A DNA stretch of 63,752 nt, the filler included. It is 4 parts of 4 records of this genome, joined end to end, with 100 filler letters (N's around TTAATTAATTAA, not from the genome) between each part and the next. Parts side by side here need not be neighbours in the genome. Positions count along the whole stretch, not along the records: positions 1 to 19,846 come from SRR22947727_861; 3 more parts are not named here. The stretch is one strand, 5' to 3'. Both the position numbers and the translations under genes were made by a program. Shown here one piece after another: positions 1 to 11,018 of this stretch (position 1 is its first letter; each line of letters opens with the position of its first letter). Under the pieces are notes generated by a model, which saw only the letters and a program-made list of their open reading frames with translations, was not told where the DNA came from and searched no databases.

Positions 1-323
1 TCCGATGCGAGTTCTCATTCGTCTGACAGCTCTTTCTGGGCTCTTGTTGATGGCCATTGCAGTGAATTTGCATCTGCAATTTATTTAAGGGTCGCGCCCT
101 GACCCATGGGGGCTGTCACTGAAACCTCGCTTGGTGCCTCATGGGACAACGTGGTTTGACAATTTCGTTCACAACGCGCACACCAAAGGTTAACAAAATC
201 TTGCACAGGGTGAGACAAGGGCCGTAAGTGCCCTGCGGGCGTTGGTGGCTCGCATAACCCGTGATCAGGCTGCAGTATGGGCTTTGATTGTAGTGATGTG
301 CGGTTAACAGTGGGGTGACAGTA

Positions 324-776
324 ATGGAATTGAAAGACGACATCATCATCAATGCGCCGCAGGACGTGGTTTATGCTGCATTGAATGACGCGGATATTTT
401 GAAGCAATGTATTCCTGGCTGCGAGGAGTTGGTCAAACATTCTGATACGGAATTGGAGGCCAAGGTCGTGCTGAAAGTCGGTCCGGTAAAAGCGAAATTT
501 AGCGGCACCGTAACCTTAAGCCCCGATGCACCGCCGGCTCGGTTTTCATTGACAGGCGCGGGCAATGGCGGCGCGGCCGGTTATGCCAAAGGCGGGGCAG
601 AAGTGCATTTGGAAGCCCATCCGGAAGGTACGCTGCTTCGCTATACAGCTAAGGCTGAAATTGGTGGTAAATTGGCGCAATTGGGCAGCCGGTTGGTTCA
701 GGGCACTGCGAAAAAACTTGCAGCGAAGTTCTTCAGCAGTTTCGCCGAACAGGTTGGGGGCGAGAATGCCGGCTGA
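324..776 (+). CDS. coxG: Carbon monoxide dehydrogenase subunit G (SRPBCC/CoxG family)
   Basis: Motifs LNDADILKQCIPGCEEL, LKVGPVKAKFSG and GGKLAQLGSRLV are typical of CoxG; ATG at 324 chosen within ORF 315-776. Confidence 0.9.
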   Translation: MELKDDIIINAPQDVVYAALNDADILKQCIPGCEELVKHSDTELEAKVVLKVGPVKAKFSGTVTLSPDAPPARFSLTGAGNGGAAGYAKGGAEVHLEAHPEGTLLRYTAKAEIGGKLAQLGSRLVQGTAKKLAAKFFSSFAEQVGGENAG

Positions 777-1695
777 AGGGCGAATCCTTTATGCCGAACA
801 TGCGCAGGATATTCTAGCCGCCACCCTTAATTTGCTGCACTCAGGTGACCCATGCGCCCTTGTGACCAGTCTGAATATTGAAGGCGGCGCGGCGCGGGAG
901 CTTGGCTCTTTGGCCGTTATCAGTGGCAGGGGAGACATGATTGGGTACCTCTCCAATGGCTGTATTGATCGCGATATCATCAATCACGGCCTAGCCGCGA
1001 TTGACACCGGTCAGCTCAAACATCTGCGCTATGGCGCAGGCTCGCCCTATTTGGATCTCAAACTGCCCTGCGGTGGCGCTTTGGAGCTGGTGATTGATCC
1101 GGCGCCAGATATAGCCGCGCTTGAAGCGGCTTTGGCGCGCCTACTCGGTCGCCAGAAAACTGTGCTATCTTTTGCGGGTCGCGACGGGCCTGTGCAGATC
1201 GAATATGCGCCAAAACCTGCGTTGATCCTTGCCGGCCGGGGGGCAATTTTACGCACCACCGCGCAGCTGGCAGCACATATGGATTTTGAGCTGCACCTTG
1301 CTTGCCCTGATCTTGAGGATCTTGCCAGCTTGGACGAGCTTAACCCGGCAACACGCCAGTCTATGACCACACCGAAGGCTGCGATTGAATTGCCGATAGA
1401 CCCATATTCGGCGGTGCTTCTCGTCTTTCACGATCATGAATGGGAGCAGGCTATTTTGATGCAGGCGGCGCGGCAGCATCCCTTTTTTATTGGCGCTTTA
1501 GGCAGCCGCAAAACCCACGCCATGCGGATCGAGCGGCTCAGACATGCTGGGTTGAGCGCGGCAGACTGTGCTCAAATCCAAGGACCAATTGGCTTGGTGC
1601 CCTCGCTGCGCAATGCCTCGCTGATTGCTGTATCAGCGCTGGCTGAAATCACTGCGAAACTGCCACCATCGCAGGTCCGCTCGTCCTCATCATAA
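766..1695 (+). CDS. xdhC: XdhC/CoxI family molybdenum hydroxylase accessory protein
   Basis: GYLSNGCID, LKLPCGG, FHDHEWE, FIGALGSRKTH and IQGPIGL motifs; ATG at 766 overlaps the end of coxG. Confidence 0.88.
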   Translation: MPAEGRILYAEHAQDILAATLNLLHSGDPCALVTSLNIEGGAARELGSLAVISGRGDMIGYLSNGCIDRDIINHGLAAIDTGQLKHLRYGAGSPYLDLKLPCGGALELVIDPAPDIAALEAALARLLGRQKTVLSFAGRDGPVQIEYAPKPALILAGRGAILRTTAQLAAHMDFELHLACPDLEDLASLDELNPATRQSMTTPKAAIELPIDPYSAVLLVFHDHEWEQAILMQAARQHPFFIGALGSRKTHAMRIERLRHAGLSAADCAQIQGPIGLVPSLRNASLIAVSALAEITAKLPPSQVRSSSS

Positions 1696-2946
1696 AACCG
1701 ATGTGGCCCGATTGGCAGAATTGAGTGGCAGGGCGCGTTCTTTGATGGGCAGGTGTACAATGGCGCTGAACAGACCCACGCCCACCCCAAACCACCACAC
1801 AACTGTATAGGTGCCATAGATGTCATACATCTTGCCGCCCAGCCAAACCCCAAGGAAACTGCCGAGCTGGTGGGAGAAAAAGACAATTCCGTAAAGCGTG
1901 CCCATATAGCGCAACCCATAGATATGCGCGACCAAGCCTGAGGTTAGGGGCACTGTGGCCAGCCAGAGAGACCCCATGGCCACTGAAAACAAAATCACCG
2001 AGATCGGTGTGATGGGCAGGGCGATAAAAAGTGCCGCAACAATCGTCCGGGCCAAATAGATCCCCGCCAAGAGGTATTTTTTTGAATAGTGTTTCCCAAG
2101 ATAGCCGGCAGCAAGCGTGCCGACGATATTGGCCAGTCCGATCAAAGAAATGGCCAGCGCGCCAAGGCGGGAGGTGGTGGTGATACCCACGGAATAGAGC
2201 GCACCACCGGGCATGATGGGGCCGCAGAGTTCGGTGACGAAGGCCGGGAAATGTGCGGTGATGAAGGCCAATTGATAGCCACAGGAAAAGAAGCCCAGAA
2301 AAATTAGCGTGTAGCTTGGGTCCTTGAACGCCTTGATCAACACCTCACCGATGCTCTCCTCCAGTTCGGACTTACTGGCCACGCGCTCGGTCTTCATCAT
2401 CGGCAAGAAGATCAGCGAGCCTATGATAACAGCCGCGAAGGTGATGAAAACATGCTGCCACGACATGAAACCCAGCAGATATTCTGCCAAAGGCGCGCCG
2501 ATCACCTGTCCGGCTGAGCCGGCGGCGGTGGCGATGGCCAGTGCCATGGATCTGTGCTCATCAGAGGCCGCTCGACCCACCACGGCCAAAATCACTCCAA
2601 AGCCTGTACCGGCGATGCCGAAGCCAACCAAAATTCCATAGGCCTGCATTGCGCCGGGGGTGACCGCATAGGACGATAGAATCAACCCAAGCGCATAGAC
2701 CAGGCCGCCCAGCGTAATGGCTTTGCGATCGGTCACCTTTTCTGCAATCGCCCCAAAAATGGGCTGACCTAGCCCCCAAAACAAGTTCTGAATGGCAATA
2801 GCCATGGAAAACTCTGTGCGCAGCCAGCCGAATTCCTCCGCCACTGGAATTTGGAAAATACCAAAGGAGGCGCGCACCGCAAAGCTCAACATCACAATAA
2901 TGCAGCCGGCGATTAAAACGGGGGTGACGAGGGAAGTTGATTTCAT
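1690..2946 (-). CDS. MFS transporter
   Basis: About 12 hydrophobic segments; SFAVRASFGIF and FFSHQLGSFLGVWLGG motifs; start trimmed to MKSTSLV. Confidence 0.9.
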   Translation of the reverse strand: MKSTSLVTPVLIAGCIIVMLSFAVRASFGIFQIPVAEEFGWLRTEFSMAIAIQNLFWGLGQPIFGAIAEKVTDRKAITLGGLVYALGLILSSYAVTPGAMQAYGILVGFGIAGTGFGVILAVVGRAASDEHRSMALAIATAAGSAGQVIGAPLAEYLLGFMSWQHVFITFAAVIIGSLIFLPMMKTERVASKSELEESIGEVLIKAFKDPSYTLIFLGFFSCGYQLAFITAHFPAFVTELCGPIMPGGALYSVGITTTSRLGALAISLIGLANIVGTLAAGYLGKHYSKKYLLAGIYLARTIVAALFIALPITPISVILFSVAMGSLWLATVPLTSGLVAHIYGLRYMGTLYGIVFFSHQLGSFLGVWLGGKMYDIYGTYTVVWWFGVGVGLFSAIVHLPIKERALPLNSANRATSVL

Positions 2947-3044
2947 ACTCAGACCGTACTGCGTAAAATGGTATTCGCAAGAGCAAGAGCAATAGCGATG
3001 GGCGCGCGATTGCACCCGGCGCGGCGCGCAGCTATTGGAGGGGC

Positions 3045-4100
3045 ATGAATTTGCCTGACACCTATCAAAACGCCGTCGCCTCTGGAGCGTTCCAGCATGA
3101 CCCGGCGCAGGAAGCCGCGCTGTACGAGCTTGAGCGATTGCGGCTCGCGCTGAGCCAACCGCGCAAACGGGGGTGGTTTCGCAAGGCCGAGCCGGCGCCT
3201 GATGGGGTCTACCTTTGGGGCGGTGTGGGGCGCGGTAAGTCGATGCTGATGGATATGTTTGCCCGCAGTCTTGGCCCCTCTGTCCGGCGCGTGCATTTTC
3301 ATGGCTTTATGCAAGAGGTTCATGCCGGGATCGCCCGGGCCAAGGCGCAAGGCGCCGTGGATGCCATTCAACCGGTGGCCGAAGAGATGGCCAGCGGCAT
3401 CCGCTGTCTGGCGTTTGATGAGATGCAAATCACCGATATCACCGATGCGATGCTGGTGGGGCGTTTGTTCGAAGCGCTCTTTTCGGCGGGCATTGTCATT
3501 GTTGCCACGTCAAACCGTCACCCGGATGATCTCTATAAAAACGGGTTAAACCGGCAACTTTTTTTGCCCTTCATCGCGCTGTTGCAACAAAAAATGGTGG
3601 TGCATGAGCTGGCCTCTCCTACGGATTATCGCCAAGACAGGATGGCGGGGCAGGGCTGTTATTTTACGCCCAACGACGCGGCTGCGCGGGCTCGTATGGA
3701 TCAAATCTGGATGGATCTGGCCGGGGGGCCGGGGCAAGCCTTTGCCCTTGAGGTGAAATCCCGCCGGGTGATGGTTCCAGAATTTCGCAATGGAATTGCC
3801 CGAATGTCTTTTGCACAGCTCTGTGGTGCCGCCTTGGGGGCGGCGGATTATCTCGCTTTGGTAAGAGAGGCCAAGGTTCTGATGCTCGATGATATCCCAT
3901 TGCTCGGGCGCGCAAATGCCAGCGAGGCCAAACGCTTTGTTACGCTCATTGATGCGGTCTATGAAGCGCAAATTGGGTTTATCGCCTCTGCCGCGGCCAT
4001 GCCAGAGGCGCTCTATCCCAGTGGCACAGGCAGTTTTGAATTTGAACGCACCGCCTCGCGCTTGGCCGAAATGCAGGCTGATGGATGGGGGCGAGGCTAG
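3045..4100 (+). CDS. zapE: Cell division ATPase ZapE (AFG1 family)
   Basis: GVYLWGGVGRGKSMLMD Walker A, RRVHFHGFM, FDEMQITDITDAM and FERTASRL motifs. Confidence 0.93.
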   Translation: MNLPDTYQNAVASGAFQHDPAQEAALYELERLRLALSQPRKRGWFRKAEPAPDGVYLWGGVGRGKSMLMDMFARSLGPSVRRVHFHGFMQEVHAGIARAKAQGAVDAIQPVAEEMASGIRCLAFDEMQITDITDAMLVGRLFEALFSAGIVIVATSNRHPDDLYKNGLNRQLFLPFIALLQQKMVVHELASPTDYRQDRMAGQGCYFTPNDAAARARMDQIWMDLAGGPGQAFALEVKSRRVMVPEFRNGIARMSFAQLCGAALGAADYLALVREAKVLMLDDIPLLGRANASEAKRFVTLIDAVYEAQIGFIASAAAMPEALYPSGTGSFEFERTASRLAEMQADGWGRG

Positions 4101-5380
4101 GGGCCCGCGTCATTCTCGCGCAAGACATGCCCTGCCAGATACAGTGATCCGCAGATCAAAATTCGCGCCTGCGGGTGGCTTTGGGACAGGTCCTGAAGGG
4201 CTGCGTGCACATCGCTTGCCTCGCGGGAGGGAATGGCACAGCTCCGGCCCACTTCAGCCAGATCCGCACTGGAAATCGCGTTGATTTCATTTGGAATCGT
4301 CACGGTGGTGAGCGAGGCGCAATGCGCTGCAATGGGCGCTAAAAACCCTGTCACATCTTTGGTATTGAGCATGCCGCAGATGATATGGGTGTCGCGTTTG
4401 GGCAGGGTGGCGAGAGTGGCGGCAATGGCGCGTCCGGCTGCGGGATTATGCCCGCCATCGAGCCAAATCTCATGGCCGGGAAGGCTGTCTATGAGCCGGC
4501 CTTGGCGCAACCGTTGCATGCGTGCGGGCCAATAGGCTTGCAACATGGCCGCGGTGCAGGCGTCCTCGCCCTGTCCAAGATGCCGAAGGGTGGCGATGGC
4601 CGCGCCGGCGTTTTGTATTTGATGCGGACCTGGTAGGCAGGGCAGGGGCAGATCCAAAAGCCCGGTTTCGTCTTGATAGACCAAGCGCCCCGCTTCGGTG
4701 GTGACATGCCAATGCTGCCCATGGATGCGCAAATCTGCGCCAATTTTGGCCGCCTGACGTTCGATCACCTCGAGGGCTTCCTCTGGTTGCGGCCCCACAA
4801 TGGCGGTGACGCCGCGCTTTAGGATGCCCGCTTTTTCAAAGGCAATCTTGGCCAGCGTGTCGCCAAGGAATTGTTGGTGATCGAGATCAATGGGTGTGAG
4901 GACACAGGCCGCCGGCTTGTCGACCACATTGGTCACATCCAAACGCCCCCCCATGCCGGTTTCCAGCAAGGTATAATCTGCCGCATGTTCGGCAAAGCCC
5001 TGCAATGCCGCGCATGTGGTAATTTCAAAATAGGTGATCGTCTCACCGCCATTGGCGCTGTAGCAGCGATCAAGCAGCTCTGTGAGCGCCGCTTCGCTGA
5101 TCAATTCACCGGCAATGCGGATGCGTTCATGGAATTTCGCGAGATGCGGCGAGGTATAGGCATGAACAGTTCGCCCCGCCCCTTCGAGACCTGCGCGGAT
5201 CATGGCCTGCGTGCTGCCTTTGCCATTGGTGCCGGCCAGATGAATGACGCTTGGCAGCCGGTCTTGCGGGTTATCCAAAGCACGCAGAAGCCGCCACACC
5301 CGGTCCAAAGTCAAATCAATGACCTTAGGATGAAGGGCCATCATCCGCTCGAGGATGATGTCAGAATTTCTTGATGTCAT
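4097..5380 (-). CDS. folC: Folylpolyglutamate synthase/dihydrofolate synthase
   Basis: AGTNGKGS, YTSPHL, ETGMGGRLD and DGGHNP motifs; downstream of accD as usual. Confidence 0.96.
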   Translation of the reverse strand: MTSRNSDIILERMMALHPKVIDLTLDRVWRLLRALDNPQDRLPSVIHLAGTNGKGSTQAMIRAGLEGAGRTVHAYTSPHLAKFHERIRIAGELISEAALTELLDRCYSANGGETITYFEITTCAALQGFAEHAADYTLLETGMGGRLDVTNVVDKPAACVLTPIDLDHQQFLGDTLAKIAFEKAGILKRGVTAIVGPQPEEALEVIERQAAKIGADLRIHGQHWHVTTEAGRLVYQDETGLLDLPLPCLPGPHQIQNAGAAIATLRHLGQGEDACTAAMLQAYWPARMQRLRQGRLIDSLPGHEIWLDGGHNPAAGRAIAATLATLPKRDTHIICGMLNTKDVTGFLAPIAAHCASLTTVTIPNEINAISSADLAEVGRSCAIPSREASDVHAALQDLSQSHPQARILICGSLYLAGHVLRENDAGP

Positions 5381-6297
5381 TTCGCGCTATTCGTTTCGGC
5401 AGAGGGCTCATCGGCCGAGGGTTTCGGCAAATCCCCTTTGATAGCAGGAGATTGTTTCAACAGCATCCGGGTGATGGTGATCAATTCATCGCGCATATGG
5501 GTGCGATGTGTCACCCGGTCCAACATCCCGTGATCCAGCAGATATTCAGCACGCTGGAACCCTTCGGGTAATTTTTCACGAATGGTTTGTTCAATGACCC
5601 TTTGGCCTGCAAAGCAGATCAATGCATTGGGCTCGGCGATATGCACATCACCCAACATCGCATAGGAGGCCGTGACTCCGCCTGTGGTGGGGTGGGTCAG
5701 TACGACGATATAGGGAAGGCCAGCTTCCTTGAGCATTTGCACGGCAACGGTGGTGCGGGGCATTTGCATCAAGGACAAAATCCCCTCCTGCATCCGCGCG
5801 CCGCCGGCAGCTGAGAACAATATCAGCGGGCGTTTGAGCTCAACTGCGCGCTGGGCCGCGGCGATGATGGCGTTTCCAACATACATGCCCATAGATCCAC
5901 CCATGAAAGCAAAATCCTGGCACGCGGCGACAATGCCCGTGCGGCCCATCTCGCCTTCCACGACCAGCATGGCTTCTGCCTCGCCAGTTTTCTTTTGCGC
6001 GGCTCTCATTCGGTCGGGATATTTCTTTTGATCGCGGAAATGCAGCGGGTCGGTGATGGGTTTTGGCACATCCACTTCAACAAAGATGCCACCGTCAAAC
6101 AAAGCTTCCATGCGCGCGCGCGGGCTGATGCCCATATGGTGATCGCAATGGGTGCAGACGTTCAAATTCTCCGACAGCTCGCGGTGAAACAACATCGTGC
6201 CGCATTCGGCGCATTTGGTCCAAAGATTTTCGGGAACTTCGCGGCGTGAAAACAGCGAATTAATCTTTGGCCTGACATAATTAGAAATCCAATTCAA
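5377..6297 (-). CDS. accD: Acetyl-CoA carboxylase carboxyltransferase beta subunit
   Basis: PENLWTKCAEC...CTHC zinc finger; FMGGSMG, GGARMQEG and PTTGGVTASYAMLGD motifs; TTG start. Confidence 0.97.
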   Translation of the reverse strand: MNWISNYVRPKINSLFSRREVPENLWTKCAECGTMLFHRELSENLNVCTHCDHHMGISPRARMEALFDGGIFVEVDVPKPITDPLHFRDQKKYPDRMRAAQKKTGEAEAMLVVEGEMGRTGIVAACQDFAFMGGSMGMYVGNAIIAAAQRAVELKRPLILFSAAGGARMQEGILSLMQMPRTTVAVQMLKEAGLPYIVVLTHPTTGGVTASYAMLGDVHIAEPNALICFAGQRVIEQTIREKLPEGFQRAEYLLDHGMLDRVTHRTHMRDELITITRMLLKQSPAIKGDLPKPSADEPSAETNSAK

Positions 6298-6360
6298 CGG
6301 GTGTGTTTCCTGTTTTATACGACTTGGGGTCAGTTAATCATCTACGGGCAAAATTGCAAC

Positions 6361-7242
6361 TCACCTGCGCAGTGCGATGCGGACAGTGAGATAGGCCAGC
6401 AGGAGGAAGGCAGCATCATATGGCATGAGTGAGATCAACCGCTCCTCATCCATGATTGAAAAATCATAGGTAAAAAACGCCAGCCCTCCGAGGTAGTCTG
6501 GAAACCCACAGAGAACAATGGCATAGAAGTTCCAAACAAAATGAAACGCAATGGCCGGGCCCAGCGTGCCACTGCGCGCGGTGAGGTCGGCGGCGATCAC
6601 ACCAAAGAGGGTTGTCGACAGAACGATCCATGGCGCCGCCGCCCCCATGACGGCGGGATCATAATGCAAAAGGCCAAAAATTGCCGAAGGGATCATGATC
6701 CAGATAAATCGATGCAGGCCAAGCGCTGCCAATTGGCTTTGCAAATACCCGCGAAATACCAATTCTTCGGCACTGACCTGAATGAGCAGGAACGCTAATG
6801 TGAGGGGCAGCAGGCCGAGCCATTGGCTGAGCGGGAGGTTTTGCACGAACGTGGTGCCATAACTTGCGATGACAGCCACGACCGTGGCCATAACGAATAA
6901 ACTGCCTATGGTTCTGAAAAATTGCCCTCTTGCGCGGGCGAAATCGCCGATGAGCAAAAGCGGGCTGTGGTGATGCAGGCTCCAGACCGTGAAACTGACG
7001 GCAGCAGTCATGAACACGAAACTGCCCAATATGACAAACATTTGACTTGGGCTGCTGGGGCCAGGCAGTTGCAGGGTCTGCTCAAACCAAGCCTCGCCCA
7101 TAATGGACAAAAGCACCTGCCAACTGAGACTTACGAGCAGCATGTAGAGGAGGGCTGTGATCACAAGTCCGAGGATGAGCCTCAGAAGGCTCGCCTTTGC
7201 CCGTGCCGGGGCGATGAGGGCTTCATAGGGTTGGTAAGACAT
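6361..7242 (-). CDS. CPBP (Abi/CAAX) family intramembrane glutamic endopeptidase
   Basis: EELVFRGYL, FGLLH and AIAFHFVWN motifs; multi-TM. Confidence 0.9.
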   Translation of the reverse strand: MSYQPYEALIAPARAKASLLRLILGLVITALLYMLLVSLSWQVLLSIMGEAWFEQTLQLPGPSSPSQMFVILGSFVFMTAAVSFTVWSLHHHSPLLLIGDFARARGQFFRTIGSLFVMATVVAVIASYGTTFVQNLPLSQWLGLLPLTLAFLLIQVSAEELVFRGYLQSQLAALGLHRFIWIMIPSAIFGLLHYDPAVMGAAAPWIVLSTTLFGVIAADLTARSGTLGPAIAFHFVWNFYAIVLCGFPDYLGGLAFFTYDFSIMDEERLISLMPYDAAFLLLAYLTVRIALRR

Positions 7243-7378
7243 AAGATAAGATACGGCGCGCGCGCTGTGCTGGCCAGCGTGAAACGCAATTATGCGCAAA
7301 ACTTGGCTGACCTTCACCCTTGTCCCAAGCTCGTGAAGCGCTTAAACAACCGCAAAGCTATATATAAAGGGTCCTGCA

Positions 7379-9112
7379 ATGAATAAGCCTGCCTTCGACA
7401 AATCCAATCTGCCCAGCCGACATGTGTCGGTCGGTCCCTCACGTGCGCCGCACCGTTCCTTTTATTATGCGATGGGCATGACCGCCGAAGAAATCGCTCA
7501 GCCTTTTGTGGGCGTCGCCACCTGTTGGAACGAGGCAGCTCCTTGTAATATTTCGCTCAACCGCCAGGCCCAGGCCGCCAAGATCGGTGTGAAACATGCC
7601 GCCGGAACCCCGCGGGAGTTTACCACAATCACCGTGACGGATGGCATTGCTATGGGTCATGAGGGGATGCGCTCCTCCTTGGCCAGCCGCGAGGCGATTG
7701 CCGATTCCGTTGAGCTGACCGTGCGCGGGCATTGCTATGACGCGCTGGTGGGTCTTGCAGGTTGCGACAAATCCTTGCCAGGTATGATGATGGCCATGGT
7801 GCGGCTCAATGTGCCATCGGTTTTTGTCTATGGCGGATCCATCCTGCCCGGTACGATGAACGGCAAAGACGTGACGGTTCAAGATGTGTTTGAAGCCGTG
7901 GGCCAGCACCAAGCCGGTCAACTTTCAACCTGTGAGCTTGAAAAACTCGAAGCAGTGGCTTGCCCCTCAGCGGGTGCCTGCGGTGGACAGTTTACGGCCA
8001 ATACAATGGCCTGTGTCTCTGAAGCGATTGGCCTGGCCTTGCCAAACTCCACAGGCGCCCCAGCACCTTACGAATCGCGCGACCAATATGCTGTTGCCTC
8101 CGGTGAAGCGGTGATGAACTTGCTGGAGAAAAACATTCGCGCCCGCGATATCGTGACATTGAAATCTTTGGAGAATGCGGCGCGGGTTGTGGCCTGTACG
8201 GGCGGGTCGACCAACGCCGGCTTGCACCTGCCAGCAATTGCCCATGAGGCAGGCTTGGAATTTTATCTTGATGATGTCTGTGACATTTTCCGCGATACGC
8301 CCTATTTTGTCGATTTGAAGCCTGGCGGGCAATATGTCGCCAAAGACCTCTTTGAGGTTGGTGGTGTTCCGGTTGTGATGAAGGAGCTGCGCAAAGCGGG
8401 TTTGATGCACGAAGATTGCATGACCGCCACCGGGCGCTCCATGGGCGAAGAGCTGGACTTGATCGAGCGGGAAGCCGATGGCCGGGTAATCTATCCGGTC
8501 GAAACCCCCATCACAAAAACGGGCGGTGTTGTGGGCCTCAAAGGCAATCTTGCTCCGGAAGGCGCTATTGTGAAAGTGGCGGGCATCGCCGCACAGCATC
8601 AGATTTTCACAGGTCCTGCTCGGGTGTTTGAGTGCGAAGAAGACGCTTTTGAAGCTGTGAAAGAGCGTGCCTATGAAGAAGGTGAGGTCTTGGTGATCCG
8701 CAATGAAGGCCCATCAGGGGGCCCCGGCATGCGTGAAATGCTCTCCACCACAGCGGCGCTTTCTGGCCAAGGCATGGGCAAAAAAGTTGCCCTCATCACC
8801 GATGGGCGGTTCTCTGGCGCGACACGCGGTTTTTGTGTGGGTCACGTGGGGCCTGAGGCGGCGGCCGGTGGCCCGATCGCTTTGATTGAAACGGGTGACG
8901 TGGTCACGATCAATGCTATTTCTGGTGAGCTGAATGTTGATTTGACCGACGAAGAATTGGCCGAACGCAAAGCCAATTGGAAAGGCCCGCGTGAGACCAT
9001 CTACGCCAGCGGCGCGCTTTGGAAATATTCGCAATTGGTGGGTCCAACCTACCAAGGGGCGGTGACCCATCCCGGCGGCAAAGCAGAGCGTCACGCGTAT
9101 TTTGATCTCTAA
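7379..9112 (+). CDS. ilvD: Dihydroxy-acid dehydratase
   Basis: [39 protein letters not shown] and TDGRFSG motifs. Confidence 0.97.
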   Translation: MNKPAFDKSNLPSRHVSVGPSRAPHRSFYYAMGMTAEEIAQPFVGVATCWNEAAPCNISLNRQAQAAKIGVKHAAGTPREFTTITVTDGIAMGHEGMRSSLASREAIADSVELTVRGHCYDALVGLAGCDKSLPGMMMAMVRLNVPSVFVYGGSILPGTMNGKDVTVQDVFEAVGQHQAGQLSTCELEKLEAVACPSAGACGGQFTANTMACVSEAIGLALPNSTGAPAPYESRDQYAVASGEAVMNLLEKNIRARDIVTLKSLENAARVVACTGGSTNAGLHLPAIAHEAGLEFYLDDVCDIFRDTPYFVDLKPGGQYVAKDLFEVGGVPVVMKELRKAGLMHEDCMTATGRSMGEELDLIEREADGRVIYPVETPITKTGGVVGLKGNLAPEGAIVKVAGIAAQHQIFTGPARVFECEEDAFEAVKERAYEEGEVLVIRNEGPSGGPGMREMLSTTAALSGQGMGKKVALITDGRFSGATRGFCVGHVGPEAAAGGPIALIETGDVVTINAISGELNVDLTDEELAERKANWKGPRETIYASGALWKYSQLVGPTYQGAVTHPGGKAERHAYFDL

Positions 9113-9692
9113 GCTTCTTTTGGCAGCTGGCATTTTTGCACTGGCTGGCTGCCAAACATATCTATTTGAAAACACACAACCCGCCGGCGCTCCCGGTGCT
9201 CGGGTATCCTTGCCCAGCGGGATCACAATTGGGGCGCCGAAAGGCTATTGCCGCGATGGCCGCAGTGGGCGCCGCGGTGCGGTGGTCTTTGCCAGCTGCG
9301 TCAGGCTGCGCGGCAGTGATGCGTTCGACCCCACTTATGCACATCTTTTAACGGGTGCAGCGGCTGGTGCGAAAAGTGATTTACAGGCGCTCGCAGGGTT
9401 TGTCCGCAAGGACGCGGGCAAAGGATGGCTAGCGGCGAGCGGAAAAGCCGACGACGTGTCGATTCACGCGGTAAAACGAAGCCGCAATGCGCTTTATGTC
9501 GAGCTCACAGATCGATCGCGCCCGGGCTATCTTGGCGCGCGGGGGTGGAAAGCCGTTGTGAATGTCGCAGATCAGCTGGTGGTCTTAGGGGTCTATTCTG
9601 GACTGGGGTCGAGCGTTTCAGGAATTGACGGTGAAGAGCTCCTCCGCGCCTTTGCTCAAGCGACGCTCGCTGCAGAAAACCCAAAGAAATAG
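9102..9692 (+). CDS. Hypothetical lipoprotein
   Basis: Signal peptide with lipobox LAGC; overlaps the ilvD stop. Confidence 0.7.
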   Translation: MISKLLLAAGIFALAGCQTYLFENTQPAGAPGARVSLPSGITIGAPKGYCRDGRSGRRGAVVFASCVRLRGSDAFDPTYAHLLTGAAAGAKSDLQALAGFVRKDAGKGWLAASGKADDVSIHAVKRSRNALYVELTDRSRPGYLGARGWKAVVNVADQLVVLGVYSGLGSSVSGIDGEELLRAFAQATLAAENPKK

Positions 9693-9867
9693 CCCATCAG
9701 CACAGCCAAGCGTGACGTCAACACTGCCGTCCCGCAGCTCTTCCTTCGCCCTCGACGTGTATATGCAGACGTCGTAAATAGTCTGTAAATTTAACAGAAT
9801 AATATTTAACTATTTGTAGAATTCCGCGCCCGCCTCGCCTATAAGCGGGAGTATATTGTGAAGTACT

Positions 9868-10647
9868 TTGGGCATTGAATTGATTTATTTTGGCTATTTA
9901 GGGCGGGCACTATCGGCTGCATACCTAAAGTTTTGGCGCAATCGCCTGCAGCGCGCTGCGGGGGAGAAGACCGCCAAGCTCCGTCAGCAGCGGCGTGAGG
10001 CCTTGGCGCTTCAGCGCGAGCTGGGTGACGTCTTGCCCCGCATCAATGATGAATTGCACCACAGGCTGCATCGGTCCAAGGCATATCGGCATGGCTCAAA
10101 TATGCTTTGGTCGTGGCGCCCCGAGCTCTGGGCCGTGCCATCGCCCTCGGCGGCCGGCCCCGTTCCCCAAAGCGGCGCACACCTTGCGTCAAATACCAAA
10201 GTGTTTTTCGATGATGCGGATTGCGCAGTTATCATACAGCAATTTCGCAACGACATGTCAGAAGCCTTCGCACCCTATGGGGTGGCTTTAGAGCTGTTTC
10301 AATTTGAGGGCAGTTTTCTGTCCCTCGCCATTGATCTGCCCGATGAGCTGTACGAAACCTTTGCCAAAGACGAATTGATTGGCCTGTCCGGGGCAATCGT
10401 TGCAGAGCGTCCAACGGGATTTACGGTGCGCTTGAACATCAAACACGGGCCCAATACTGAGCAGCTCATTCAGGCGCATGACCTCAGAAATTCGGAGTTT
10501 GGATTGGAATTTGATCCTGAACATCTGAAAATCAATGTGAACCGCGTGGAAAAAATTTGGCTGGATCTGGTGTTTGAGACCCCAAATTTTAACCGTATTT
10601 CACTTATAGATCTGGCATTTAGCAAGCGACCGCGGGTTGAGATTTAA
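9868..10647 (+). CDS. Conserved Rhodobacterales protein (DUF6478-like)
   Basis: WSWRPELW, FEGSFLSLAIDLP, RLNIKHGPNTEQ and EKIWLDL motifs recalled from this family; start uncertain. Confidence 0.7.
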   Translation: MGIELIYFGYLGRALSAAYLKFWRNRLQRAAGEKTAKLRQQRREALALQRELGDVLPRINDELHHRLHRSKAYRHGSNMLWSWRPELWAVPSPSAAGPVPQSGAHLASNTKVFFDDADCAVIIQQFRNDMSEAFAPYGVALELFQFEGSFLSLAIDLPDELYETFAKDELIGLSGAIVAERPTGFTVRLNIKHGPNTEQLIQAHDLRNSEFGLEFDPEHLKINVNRVEKIWLDLVFETPNFNRISLIDLAFSKRPRVEI

Positions 10648-10664
10648 TTGAAAAGGACCGCAAC

Positions 10665-11018
10665 ATGAGCAAACTCACGCATTGTGAGCTGAGAAATGGG
10701 ATTTGGTCAGGGCGGCTGGAAGGCAGCGCGGATGCGCCAAATGTGATCGCGACCTACCAAGGGGTTGAGATTGCGGATATGTCCGTGACGCCCATTTCGG
10801 GTAATATTTGGAGCTTGGAGCTCCCCCTGCCGCTTGAGATGCTGTCTGACGGTGTTCACAGCTGTCTCATCTCTTTGGAGACAGGTGAGAAAATCGGTGA
10901 TTTCACGGTGATCGCAGGTGAAGTATTGGCCGGTGATTTACGTACTGAAATCGCGCGGTTGCGGGCGGAATTGGATCTGCTCAAAACTGTTGTGCGGCGC
11001 GGCTTGGCGCGAAACTAG
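10665..11018 (+). CDS. Conserved hypothetical protein
   Basis: AAGGA RBS upstream; C-terminal coiled coil LRAELDLLK. Confidence 0.75.
   Translation: MSKLTHCELRNGIWSGRLEGSADAPNVIATYQGVEIADMSVTPISGNIWSLELPLPLEMLSDGVHSCLISLETGEKIGDFTVIAGEVLAGDLRTEIARLRAELDLLKTVVRRGLARN

Noticed and set aside
9791-9810. CtrA box upstream of the DUF6478-like gene
   Set aside because: The TTAA half-sites are 11 bp apart, not the canonical 7.
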